A stretch of DNA of 64,000 bases from NCBI RefSeq assembly GCF_000142905.1, contig NW_013657614.1:84727-148726 (forward strand). The letters run 5' to 3'. The stretch is from Thecamonas trahens ATCC 50062. Lineage: Eukaryota > Protista > Apusomonadida. Made by a program: the position numbers and the translations under genes. Of this stretch, positions 31,482-42,468 are shown one piece after another. The notes under the pieces were generated by a model. That model did not search any database and was not told where the DNA came from. It saw nothing but the letters and a program-made list of their open reading frames with translations. Position 1 is the stretch's first letter; each line of letters starts with the position of its first letter.

Positions 31482-32453
31482 ATGATTGCAGCGAGGCTGG
31501 GCGGAGCATTGCAGGGAGCAGCATGGTGCTGCGCGAGCGGACGGAGCATGGCCACGGTGGCCATGAAGTACAGCAGGACGAACCCACCGGGTGGTGGCGG
31601 AGCGGGTGAAGCGGCGGCGGAGGGATCAGCAGCAGCGGCGGCGGCGACGGAGGGGTCGGTGGCGGCGCCGCTTGTGATCATGCATGGACTGCTGGGATCG
31701 TCGCAAAACTGGCGGGCGCTGACCAAGGCACTGGCCAAGAGTGCGCAGCGGACGGTGTATGCGGTGGATGCGCGAAACCATGGCGGGTCGGAGTGGGTTG
31801 GGGAGATGGACTACGTCCGTATGGCTGGCGACGTGGAGGCCTTTGTGGCTGAGGTGGTGGCGGCCGAAGCCGGTCAGGACGTGGCGCCCGTCCTCATCGG
31901 ACACTCGATGGGCGGCAAGGTGATGATGGAAGCTGCGCTAGGGATGGGCAAGGAAAAGGTTGCCGGGCTGGTGAGCGTGGACATGGCGCCAGTGGCCTTT
32001 GATCTGGAGGCCAGGTCCGAGGTCGGCTCGCTGGTCCGTGGCCTGGCGGCCATCGAGCTGAGCGAGTTTGCCACGCGGTCCAAGGTGGATGCCCATGTGG
32101 CAACCTTTGCGCACGATCCGGCGGTCCGGGCCTTCCTCATGACGAACATTACCGGCTCTGGCTCCAAGGCTAAGCCGCTCAAGTGGGTTTGCAACATCCA
32201 GGACATTGCGGCGTCGCTGGACAAGCTCGGCGCATTTGATGCAGCTGACACACGGAGGTACGATGGGCCTATGCTCTCCATCTTCGGCACCAAGTCAGAC
32301 TATGTCCGTGCCGAGGCAGCAAAGGACGCGACCCGCAAGTTCTTCCCCAGCGCGCAGTTTGTCGGCCTCGACGCCGGCCACTGGGTCCACGCCGAGCAGC
32401 CGAACGCCTTTGTCCGCGCCGTCTGCGGCTGGCTGGACGAGCACAGCTTGTAA
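31482..32453 (+). CDS. ABHD11: ABHD11/YbfF-type alpha/beta hydrolase, probably mitochondrial
   Basis: HGLLGS..NW, DARNHG, GHSMGGK, VDMAP, AGHWVHAEQP; Arg/Ala-rich presequence from ATG 31482. Confidence 0.85.
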   Translation: MIAARLGGALQGAAWCCASGRSMATVAMKYSRTNPPGGGGAGEAAAEGSAAAAAATEGSVAAPLVIMHGLLGSSQNWRALTKALAKSAQRTVYAVDARNHGGSEWVGEMDYVRMAGDVEAFVAEVVAAEAGQDVAPVLIGHSMGGKVMMEAALGMGKEKVAGLVSVDMAPVAFDLEARSEVGSLVRGLAAIELSEFATRSKVDAHVATFAHDPAVRAFLMTNITGSGSKAKPLKWVCNIQDIAASLDKLGAFDAADTRRYDGPMLSIFGTKSDYVRAEAAKDATRKFFPSAQFVGLDAGHWVHAEQPNAFVRAVCGWLDEHSL

Positions 32454-32462
32454 AAGAGCACT

Positions 32463-35400
32463 TTAGTTGGCGTAGATGTTCTCGAGATCGTCTGGATCTG
32501 AATCGTCCTCCATGCCGATGACAGATATCTCGCGCGGCGGGGGCGACGTGGTCGGCGATGACGCCAGTGAGCGAGGCGATAGCGGCGGCGACGGCGGATC
32601 GGATCTTGGCGGCGTCGAGTTGAAGCCGTAATGTGCCGACATCGAGCCCGGAGAGCCCGAGGCTGACAGCGACTGCAACGGCCTGGGTGGCGTCGACGCC
32701 GACTCGCCCGAGGCAAAGCCGAAGCCAGGGAGCGCAGGTGTCGTGGTTGGTGTGCCATCGGAAGCGGGCGCAACACCAGTGTTGAAGCCGGCAAGCTTGG
32801 TGGAGGAGGAGCCAAAACCAGAGGTCTGCGACGCGGGTGCGGCAGCCGCATCGCCCTCGGTCTTCTTGCCGAACCCGAACGAAGACTTGGGCGCGGCCGC
32901 ATCGCCCTCGGTCTTCTTGCCGAACCCGAACGAAGACTTGGGCGCGGCCGCATCGCCCTCGGTCTTCTTGCCGAACCCGAACGAAGACTTGGGTGCGGCC
33001 GCATCGCCCTCGGTCTTCTTGCCGAACCCGAACGAAGACTTGGGTGCAGCTGCATCACCCTCGGCCTTCTTGCCGAACCCGAACGAAGTCTTGGGCGCGG
33101 CCGCATCACCCTCGGCCTTCTTGCCGAACCCGAACGAAGTCTTGGGTGCAGCTGCATTGCCCTCGGTCTTCTTGCCAAAGCCCGTGCCAAAGCTAGCTGC
33201 AGGCTTGGTGGAAGAGCCAAAACCAGAGGTCTGTGGCGCGGGTGAGGCGGCCGCATCGCCCTCGGCCTTCTTGCCAAAGCCCGTGCCAAAGCTAGCTGCA
33301 GGCTTGGTGGAGGAGCCAAAACCAGAGGTCTGTGGCGCGGGTGAGGCGGCCGCATCGCCCTCGGTCTTCTTGCCAAAGCCCGTACCAAAGCTAGCTGTAG
33401 GCTTGGCGGAGGAGCCAAAACCAGAGGTCTGCGACGCGGGTGCGGCAGCCGCATCGCCCTCGCTCTTCTTGCCGAACCCGAACGAAGTCTTGGGCGCGGC
33501 CGCATCACCCTCGGCCTTCTTGCCGAGCCCGAACGAAGTCTTGGGCGTAGCCGCATCGCCCTCGGTCTTCTTGCCAAAGCCCGTACCAAAGCTAGCTGCA
33601 GGCTTGGTGGAGGAGCCAAAACCAGAGGTCTGTGGCGCGGGTGAGGCGGCCGCATCGCCCTCGGTCTTCTTGCCAAAGCCCGTACCAAAGCTAGCTGAAG
33701 GCTTGGCGGAGGAGCCAAAACCAGAGGTCTGCGACGCGGGTGCGGCAGCCGCATCGCCCTCGCTCTTCTTGCCGAACCCGAACGAAGTCTTGGGCGCGGC
33801 CGCATCACCCTCGGCCTTCTTGCCGAGCCCGAACGAAGTCTTGGGCGTAGCCGCATCGCCCTCGGTCTTCTTGCCAAAGCCCGTGCCAAAGCTAGCTGAA
33901 GGCTTGGTGGAGGAGCCAAAACCAGAGGTCTGTGGCGCGGGTGAGGCGGCCGCATCACCCTCGGCCTTCTTGCCGAGCCCGAACGAAGTCTTGGGCGCGG
34001 CCGCATCGCCCTCGGTCTTCTTGCCAAAGCCCGTACCAAAGCTAGCTGTAGGCTTGGCGGAGGAGCCAAAACCAGAGGTCTGCGACGCGGGTGCGGCAGC
34101 CGCATCGCCCTCGGTCTTCTTGCCGAACCCGAACGAAGTCTTGGGCGCGGCCGCATCGCCCTCGGCCTTCTTGCCAAAGCCCGTGCCAAAGCTAGCTGCA
34201 GGCTTGGTGGAAGAGCCAAAACCAGAGGTCTGTGGCGCGGGTGAGGCGGCCGCATCACCCTCGGCCTTCTTGCCGAGCCCGAACGAAGTCTTGGGCGCGG
34301 CCGCATCGCCCTCGGTCTTCTTGCCAAAGCCCGTACCAAAGCTAGCTGTAGGCTTGGCGGAGGAGCCAAAACCAGAGGTCTGCGACGCGGGTGCAGCAGC
34401 CGCATCGCCCTCGCTCTTCTTGCCGAACCCGAACGAAGTCTTGGGCGCGGCCGCATCGCCCTCGGTCTTCTTGCCGAACCCGAACGAAGACTTGGGTGCA
34501 GCTGCATCACCCTCGGTCTTCTTGCCAAAGCCCGTGCCAAAGCTAGCTGCAGGCTTGGTGGAGGAGCCAAAACCAGAGGTCTGTGGCGCGGGTGAGGCGG
34601 CCGCATCGCCCTCGGTCTTCTTGCCGAACCCGAACGAAGTCTTGGGTGCAGCTGCATTGCCCTCGGTCTTCTTGCCAAAGCCCGTGCCAAAGCTAGCTGC
34701 AGGCTTGGTGGAGGAGCCAAAACCAGAGGTCTGTGGCGCGGGTGAGGCGGCCGCATCGCCCTCGGTCTTCTTGCCGAACCCGAACGAAGTCTTGGGTGCA
34801 GCTGCATTGCCCTCGGTCTTCTTGCCAAAGCCCGTGCCAAAGCTAGCTGCAGGCTTGGTGGAAGAGCCAAAACCAGAGGTCTGCGACGCGGGCATGTCCT
34901 CCGCATCGTTGGACCCGCCATCACTGGAGGTTGAATCCCCCTCGACTTCACCCGACTCAACACCGTCCTTGCCGTCATCATCAGACTCGGGGGCAGAGAC
35001 TGATGGAGAACCAGTTTCAGCAGGCGCCTCGAAGGCGGTCGCGACTGGCTGGGCCGAGCGCAAGGTCGAAAGATGCGTGCACAGCACCTCGTCGTTGTCC
35101 GAATCCGATGCATCATGTACGGCGCCGTCCACTGATGACGCGGCCGAATCCGCCACCACCGGCGCAGCAGGCGCAGCGCCACCTTCTTTGCTGGCCTTCT
35201 TGCCCCAGGCCGGCTTACCCAGCGTTGAACCACTTCCAAACACAACACCACCAGACCGGTTGCTAAAACCGCCAAAGGTCCCAGACACACCGGAAGCAAT
35301 GGTCTTGTTTCCGTCACCATCTAGCGGGGGCACGAGTGAATGCAGCTCGCGCTTCTTGCCAAAGCCCGACGTCGTCGAAAGCTTGACGGGCCCCTTCATC

Positions 35401-38400
35401 ACTCCATCTGGCTTGGCACCAGCGGACTTGCCGCTGCGCTGAAAAGAGAACGACGACGACTTGAACGCAAAGCCCGACCCAGGTTTCTCGGCTGCAGGCG
35501 GCGGCGCAGCCGAGACAACACCAAACCGGCCGAGCGGTTTCTCGTTTGCCTTCGAGGCGCTCCCGAACATGACTGTACCATCGTCACTGTCATCGTCGCC
35601 GCTAGAAACTGAGCCAATAGACCCATCCTCCACTTGGCCATCTACCCCAGCCGCCAGCGTCCGAGTCGGTGCCACTGCTTCAGGTGTTGCAGCCGAGGAT
35701 GTGGATTTGTCGGTATCCAACTTGTCAGCATCTGAGCCAACAGTCGCCTCGGCCGCGGGTGCCGTCTCTGCAGGCTTACCCCACGACGCAAATGACTTCT
35801 TCTTCTTGGCTGGGTTCGGTGTCGTGCATGTCGTGCACGCCGCGATGCCTTCGGCGTTGTCCATCGTGCACGCCTGGCACTTCCACATTCCATCCGCTGC
35901 CTTGGACTCGGCCTCGGCCTTCTTGCCGGCCGCGGCCTTGGCAATCGAAAACGCAGGTGGGCCGCTCGGCTTGGGCGCCGTCGCTGCCTCGGACTTGTTG
36001 TCGGCAGGCGCCGCAGCAGGCTTACCCCACGACGCAAATGACTTCTTCTTCTTGGATGGGTTTGGTGTCGTGCATGTCGTGCACGCCGCGATGCCTTCGG
36101 CGTTGTCCATCGTGCACGCCTGGCACTTCCACATTCCACCCGCTGCCTTGGACTCGGCCTCGGCCTTCTTGCCGGCCGCGGCCTTGGCAATCGAAAACGC
36201 AGGTGGGCCGCTCGGCTTGGGCGCCGTCGCTGCCTCGGACTTGTTGTCGGCAGGCGCCGCAGCAGGCTTACCCCACGACGCAATGACTTCTTCTTCTTGG
36301 ATGGGTTTGGTGTCGTGCATGTCGTGCACGCCGCGATGCCTTCGGCGTTGTCCATCGTGCACGCCTGACACTTCCACATTCCATCCGCTGCCTTGGACTC
36401 GGCCTCGGCCTTCTTGCCGGCCGCGGCCTTGGCAATCGAAAACGCAGGCGGGCCGCCCGGCTTGGGCGCCGAGTCCCCCGTCTTCTTGAAGCCCGAGAGT
36501 GAGAACGGCTTGGCACCACTCGTCTTGGAGCCAGCGTTCCCCGTTTTCTTGAAGCCGGAGAGCGAGAACGACTTGGCACTGCTCGGCGTGGCACCAGAGT
36601 CGCCCGTCTTCTTAAAACCCGCGAGAGAGAACGGCTTCGGCGAGCTTGACACCGGTGCTCCGAAGGACAAGCTCGATGTCGATGCCGGCTTGGACTCCTC
36701 CGCGACATGCTCACCATCAGCGGCGACATCAGCCAGAGAAAGGCTGTCCACAGCAACCACACAGTCATCGTCGTCACTGCCCTCTGGCGTAGCACACGAG
36801 TAGACGCTGTCGAGCTCTTCCTCGACAACTTCGGCGATGGCATTGAGCGACTCAGAAAATTGCTCCTCGTTCACAAGACAATCGGACGCCACGCCGCTAT
36901 CGGAACCGTCATCATCCGAGTCGGTTTGCTCCTCTCCTGGAAGCGGCTCATCACCAGCCTCGTGCGCTGCGTCAACAGTTGACGACTTGCCGAACGAGGA
37001 TGCGTTCCAGCCCGACGATCCACTCGCAGCCACAATGGGAAGCTTCGGCACCTTGCCTCCCAGGGTGAACTTACTTCCGCTGGGGCTCTTCTTCTGCAGC
37101 GGACCAGATGCAGCCGACTTGGGCTTGCTGCCAAATTGGAACGTGGGACTCCCAGCGGTCTTGTCGCCGCCGAGCTTGGCCTTGAAACCGCCAGCCTTGA
37201 AGCCGCCAGCCTTGAAGCTGCCAGCCGTGAAGCCACCGACAGCAGGAGCGGGGGCAGGCGATGCTGCGCCATCGGCAGCCTTGTCGCCGCCGATCTTGGC
37301 CTTGAAACCGCCAGCCTTGAAGCCACCGACAGCAGGAGCGGGGGCAGGCGATGCTGCGCCATCGGCAGCCTTGTCGCCACCGAGCTTGGCCTTGAAACCG
37401 CCAGCCTTGAAGCCGCCAGCCTTGAAGCCTCCAGCCTTGAAGCCACCGACAGCAGGAGCGGGGGCAGGCGATGCTGCGCCATCGGCAGCCTTGTCGCCGC
37501 CGAGCTTGGCCTTGAAACCGCCAGCCTTGAAGCCACCTGCAGCAGGAGCGGGCGCAGGCGATGCTGCGCCATCGGCAGCCTTGTCGCCACCGAGCTTGGC
37601 CTTGAAACCGCCAGCCTTGAAGCCTCCAGCCTTGAAGCCACCTGCAGCAGGAGCGGGGGCAGGCGATGCTGCGCCATCAGCAGCCTTGTCGCCGCCGAGC
37701 TTGGCCTTGAAACCGCCAGCCTTGAAGCCGCCAGCCTTGAAGCCTCCAGCCTTGAAGCCACCTGCAACAGGAGCGGGGACAGGCGATGCTGCGCCATCGG
37801 CAGCCTTGTCGCCACCGAGCTTGGCCTTGAAACCGCCAGCCTTGTCGCTACCTGCAGCAGGAGCGGGGGCAGGCGATGCTGCGCCATCAGCAGCCTTGTC
37901 GCCACCGAGCTTGGCCTTGAAACCGCCAGCCTTGAAGCCTCCAGCCTTGAAGCCACCTGCAGCAGGAGCGGGGGCAGGCGATGCTGCGCCATCAGCAGCC
38001 TTGTCGCCGCCGAGCTTGGCCTTGAAACCGCCAGCCTTGAAACCGCCAGCCTTGTCGCCACCTGCAGCAGGAGCGGGGGCAGGCGATGCTGCGCCATCAG
38101 CAGCCTTGTCGCCACCGAGTTTGGCCTTGAAACCGCCAGCCTTGAAGCCGCCAGCCTTGAACCCTCCCACAGCAGGAGCGGGGGCAGGCGATGCTGCGCC
38201 ATCAGCAGCCTTGTCGCCACCGAGCTTGGCCTTGAAACCGCCAGCCTTGAAGCCACCGACAGCAGGAGCGGGGGCAGGCGATGCTGCGCCATCGGCAGCC
38301 TTGTCGCCACCGAGCTTGGCCTTGAAACCGCCAGCCTTGAAGCCGCCAGCCTTGAAGCCTCCCACAGCAGGAGCGGGGGCAGGCGATGCTGCGCCATCAG

Positions 38401-40831
38401 CAGCCTTGTCGCCACCGAGCTTGGCCTTGAAACCGCCAGCCTTGAAGCCACCGACAGCAGGAGCGGGGGCAGGCGATGCTGCGCCATCGGCAGCCTTGTC
38501 GCCACCGAGCTTGGCCTTGAAACCACCAGCCTTGAAGCCGCCAGCCTTGAAGCCACCCGCAGCAGGAGCGGGCGCAGGCGATGCTGCGCCATCGGCAGCC
38601 TTGTCGCCACCGAGCTTGGCCTTGAAACCACCAGCCTTGAAGCCACCCACAGCAGGAGCGGGCGCAGGCGATGCTGCGCCATCGGCAGCCTTGTCGCCGT
38701 CGAGCTTGGCCTTGAACCCACCAGCAACAGGGGCGACTGCGGCAGCAGCAGACACGCCCTGTCCATCTACACTCTCGCCAAACGCTGCCGCGTTCTGCTG
38801 GAGCGCATGCAGCTCGCGCATCCGCTTTTCCATTCGCAGCTGGTACGACGTCGCGGATGCACCGGCGGCCTTTGGCACAGACACAGGCTGCACAGCTTTG
38901 CTCGGTGTGCCCTTGGGTGGACTCGCCGCCGCCGCCACTGCCCGCGATGTGCCCTGGTTCCGCGGACGAAGCGGCGAGAATGCCTGCCGTGCGTCCGTGA
39001 ACAGCGCTCTCGGCGCCTTGGACGCACTCATGGGCACAATGGCATCGGGCGTTGCAGGCGCGCCGCCCAGCTGCCCGAGCTCTTCCTCGACAACCGCTCG
39101 CCCGACATGATCTGCTGGCATCTTGCCTAGCGCAACCCGGAGCCAGTGCCGCGCCCGCCCGCGCAGCATGTCCGCCACCTCCCCGGTCTCGTCCTCGACG
39201 TCGTCGAGGCACTCGAGCGCAAACATGCCCATGAACTTCTCCACCCCACCGTCCGACGTCGGCGCCCCGGCCCGCGCCTCTTCGGCCGCATGCGCAATCT
39301 GCGACGAGCCGAGAATCGGGTGCGCCGCCAGCGCCGCCTCATCGTAATGCTGCTCTAGCGATGCATGCCGCAGATGCAGAATCGTCACCCATGTCGCCAG
39401 CTGCTTGTGCGTCACAGGAATGTGCGGGACCACCGTCGATGCAAGCACTTGCCGGTGAGAGAACACAAGCATCAGCACAAAGGTCTCGATGTCAGCAACG
39501 CACCCAAAGGCTCCAGCTCCGCCTGCCAGCGGCAGTCGGTCAAACATGTCCTGGAACCATCCGAGACAGATGTACATGTCGTTGACAACGTACCACGCCA
39601 CTCGCGTCACCAGCGCACGCAAGTCGGCCGGCCCCATCGCCACCACCCGCCAGTCTAGATCTGCAAGGAGGTCTGCGACACGCTCGCTCGCCTCGTCCTC
39701 ATCCGCCATCTCAAACTCTTCCGTCGCCAACGCCACCGCAAGCTTTCCGATGCTCCACCGCTCGTCGCCACCGGAAACGTCGTCGTGGACCCGAAGCAGA
39801 TCCAACGCACACCGCCCGGCCGTTGACCGTCGCTCGAAATGCGCCACAGCCATCTCCAGCGCGACCACTTTGGTCGGCTCTACCACGTCCAACTCGCATC
39901 CAACCGCCACGCCACGCCAGAAGCACTGCAGCGCCTTGCGGAGCGCACCCACCCGCTCCGCATCGTTGACCCGCCCCGCCTCCTCGGCCTCGATCGCCTC
40001 CACCGCAAGCAAATCTGCGTAGAGCAGGTGTACCTTGCCAAACACCACATAAGCCTGCAGCCGGTGTTCGTCCTGGAACTCGGCGCCCTCGCCTGCCTCT
40101 ACCGCCGCCCGATACGCCCGGCATGCCGCTTGGCACTCGTCCAGCGACGCGTCCTCATCAGCAAGCGCCTCGCTGGCCAGCCGCAGAAGGATCCACAGAT
40201 GCACATCCACAAGCTTGGCGCCTCCGGCAGCAGCAAGCCGCACTTCGCACGCAGCATCGTCTCCAGTAGCCGCAGCCGCAGCCGCAGCCATGGCACGCGC
40301 CGACCAGCCGGCGACCCATCGCCACCAGGTCAGGCTGTGAGCAAACTTGGTCCGCGCGGGGATGACTCTCGCCCAGACCTCGCCTGTGGCATCGGCCGAC
40401 TCGAGGTAGGCCAGCAGCTTGACCTCGAGCTCGGCGTCATGCGGGTTGTCGTGGACGGCGGTGCGGAGGATGGAGACGACCTGGTCTGCCGCCGGCGGGC
40501 CCTGGGCGAGCAACAGGTCGAGTCGAGCGAGTTGGAGCGTCTTCCTGGGCACGCCAAGCTCACAAGCCTTGTCCATCCACGCCTCGGCCTCTTTGACAAA
40601 CAGCATGGACTTTTCAGCATTAGCCGGGCGGACCTGGCCGGTGGTCACGGCCACCAGAGCAAGGGCGGCTTGTTGGGCCATCTCAGCCTTGCCCGACACC
40701 AGGGCTCTTTGGAGGAACTGCTTGGCGTTAAAGTACTCGCCACGCTCCGCGTACGCATGCCCGGCTTGGAGACATGCTGCTGCGTCGTACGGAGACACAG
40801 ACAGTTGCCGCAGAATCGTAGAAAGCTCCAT
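32463..40831 (-). CDS. Large Nup358/RanBP2-like FG nucleoporin (~2,790 aa; 1-nt frameshift at ~36282)
   Basis: TPR/helical N-domain, GGFKA repeats, FSLSGFKK repeats, three RanBP2-type zinc fingers (WKCQACTMDN-x6-CTTC) and SFGFGKK/SGFG repeats. The two ORFs join if the A missing from one 246-bp repeat copy is restored. Confidence 0.75.
32800..34890 (-). repeat. Coding FG-repeat array (54-bp and ~96-bp modules)
   Basis: Mosaic of KKTEGDAAAPKTSFGFG and QTSGFGSSTKPAASFGTGFG units. Confidence 0.95.
35770..36460 (-). repeat. Three ~246-bp tandem units, each encoding a RanBP2 zinc finger
   Basis: cttaccccacgacgca anchors at 35775, 36021 and 36267. Confidence 0.9.
37157..38730 (-). repeat. Coding array of GDKAADGAASPAPAPA-(GGFKA)n-KL units
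   Basis: Many near-identical units with a variable number of 15-bp GGFKA subunits. Confidence 0.95.
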
Positions 40832-41154
40832 CCTGCTCCTCTCCAAGCCTCAAGTCTGTGCCCCTCTACCGCTCTCGTCGCACCGTCCGGGATCGCCCGC
40901 CCTCGACCCCTCCGCTCTTCTCCTTCTTCGAGTCGCACTGCGAATTTCGCGCCATTTTCGCTCTCACTCGCGCCAAAGCCCAAACTCCGCCATGCCCCCG
41001 CCGCCTCATCTACACCACCACCACCACCACCACCACCACTACCCGCTTGATCTGCGCATGGGTACCCGCGTCACACTCGACAATATTTTATCTCCCGTTG
41101 CCCGATCCTGATCTGGTGATTCGCGACGGTGGCGCGACCGACGGGCTTGCGCCA

Positions 41155-42297
41155 CTACTGCCCGTCGTGGCTGTGGTATGCGCCGTGGCCAGAGCAGAAC
41201 CGTGAGGTCGACGACGAGCACCACACAATGAGGTTGTACCGCTCGCCCCACTCGATCGGCCGCGCCGCATGCCGGTGCCGCCCGAGATGTAGCAAGCCGA
41301 CGCCCGGGGTGTGCGCAACGACCGTCTCCTCGCCATGGGTCGACTCGTCCCAGAGCCAACCACGGAACTCGAGATCGCCACCGCCGAACGAAGCGCCGAG
41401 GCAAATGTTAAGCGTCACATCGGCGTTATCGTAGTGGAAGGAGAGATCGCGGTCCTCAGACATGCGGTACTGAACGATGAACGAGTACTGCGAGTCGAGC
41501 TCGCCACCGGAAAACTCCGGGTACAGCACACTTGCCAGCGGTGAAATGGCGCAGCTGAGCAGGTCGTCGAGCATAGTGTCGAGCCCGAGCTCGCCGAGGA
41601 CTAGCCCGAACGCGTTCATCGAGTTGGGCCGCACGCATGGGAGGCCCGTCGCCTCGAAGTTCTCCAGCTCCTCTAGCAAGAGCATGCAAAACGCCGACGA
41701 GCACATCGGCATAGAATACAGTCGCGTCTTGTCCGTCAGCACCTTCATAGCCTCGTCGACCGCCGCCTTCTTGGCCTCAGCCTCTTCGGCGCTTTCGATC
41801 GCCGCCAGCAACGCCCGCAGCAGCGGCGACAGCATCCACTCGGGATCAAACGTCCACAGGCCTTCGGTGAGCCGGGTGTACTCACTAGCGATGACTTCCA
41901 CTCGGACGTCGCGCATGGCCTTGGCCAGCGCCAGCGCCTGGGCCACCTTCTCCTCCTCGCTCGGCTCGGCCGTCTCCTCGCCAGCAGCTTCGGCCGCCTC
42001 CTGGGCATCAGCCTCATCTTCGTCCAGCACCAGGTACGTCACCTGCGGATCCAGCTCCTCAGCATTGTACTCTTCGCTCGCCGGATCGATCAGCCGCATG
42101 CCATCGTCGGCCAGAGGATCCGGGCCCAGCAGCAGCGGTCGGCCGGCGCAGAACAGCTTTGCCAGCCACTCTGCGGTGGCGTAGGCCACGCCGACATGGA
42201 CCACCGCCCCGAACCGGTTGGCCAGCCGAAGCCTCTGACACGGCCCGGCTACCACGTCCATCCCCACCACACCCATGTCCTCCATACTTGCTGTCAT
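41155..42297 (-). CDS. 2-oxoglutarate/Fe(II) dioxygenase, OGFOD2-like
   Basis: RPNSMN.FG, FIVQY, HYD (HxD), VTLNICLG..F.GG.L.F, H.GRHRH.A, GERYNLI.W. Confidence 0.85.
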   Translation of the reverse strand: MTASMEDMGVVGMDVVAGPCQRLRLANRFGAVVHVGVAYATAEWLAKLFCAGRPLLLGPDPLADDGMRLIDPASEEYNAEELDPQVTYLVLDEDEADAQEAAEAAGEETAEPSEEEKVAQALALAKAMRDVRVEVIASEYTRLTEGLWTFDPEWMLSPLLRALLAAIESAEEAEAKKAAVDEAMKVLTDKTRLYSMPMCSSAFCMLLLEELENFEATGLPCVRPNSMNAFGLVLGELGLDTMLDDLLSCAISPLASVLYPEFSGGELDSQYSFIVQYRMSEDRDLSFHYDNADVTLNICLGASFGGGDLEFRGWLWDESTHGEETVVAHTPGVGLLHLGRHRHAARPIEWGERYNLIVWCSSSTSRFCSGHGAYHSHDGQ

Positions 42298-42468
42298 ACT
42301 GTACTTGGTTGGAGTCACGTGGTTGGGTGTGGATCTGGTGTCGGCTGCGCGTCCGTGCCCTTCCCTCCAACTCTTGCGACTTGCTTCCACCCCCCCCCTC
42401 CCCCCACTCGTCAGCCCTGGCCTTTCAATCCAGCTGTGCACATATGTTCATTCTCTTACCCCCCACCA

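Noticed and set aside
32300-39130. Long alternative-frame and antisense ORFs (32743-35442+, 36837-39110+, 37136-39130+, 32300-35320-)
   Set aside because: They are shadows of stop-free coding repeats of the nucleoporin and contain no independent motifs.
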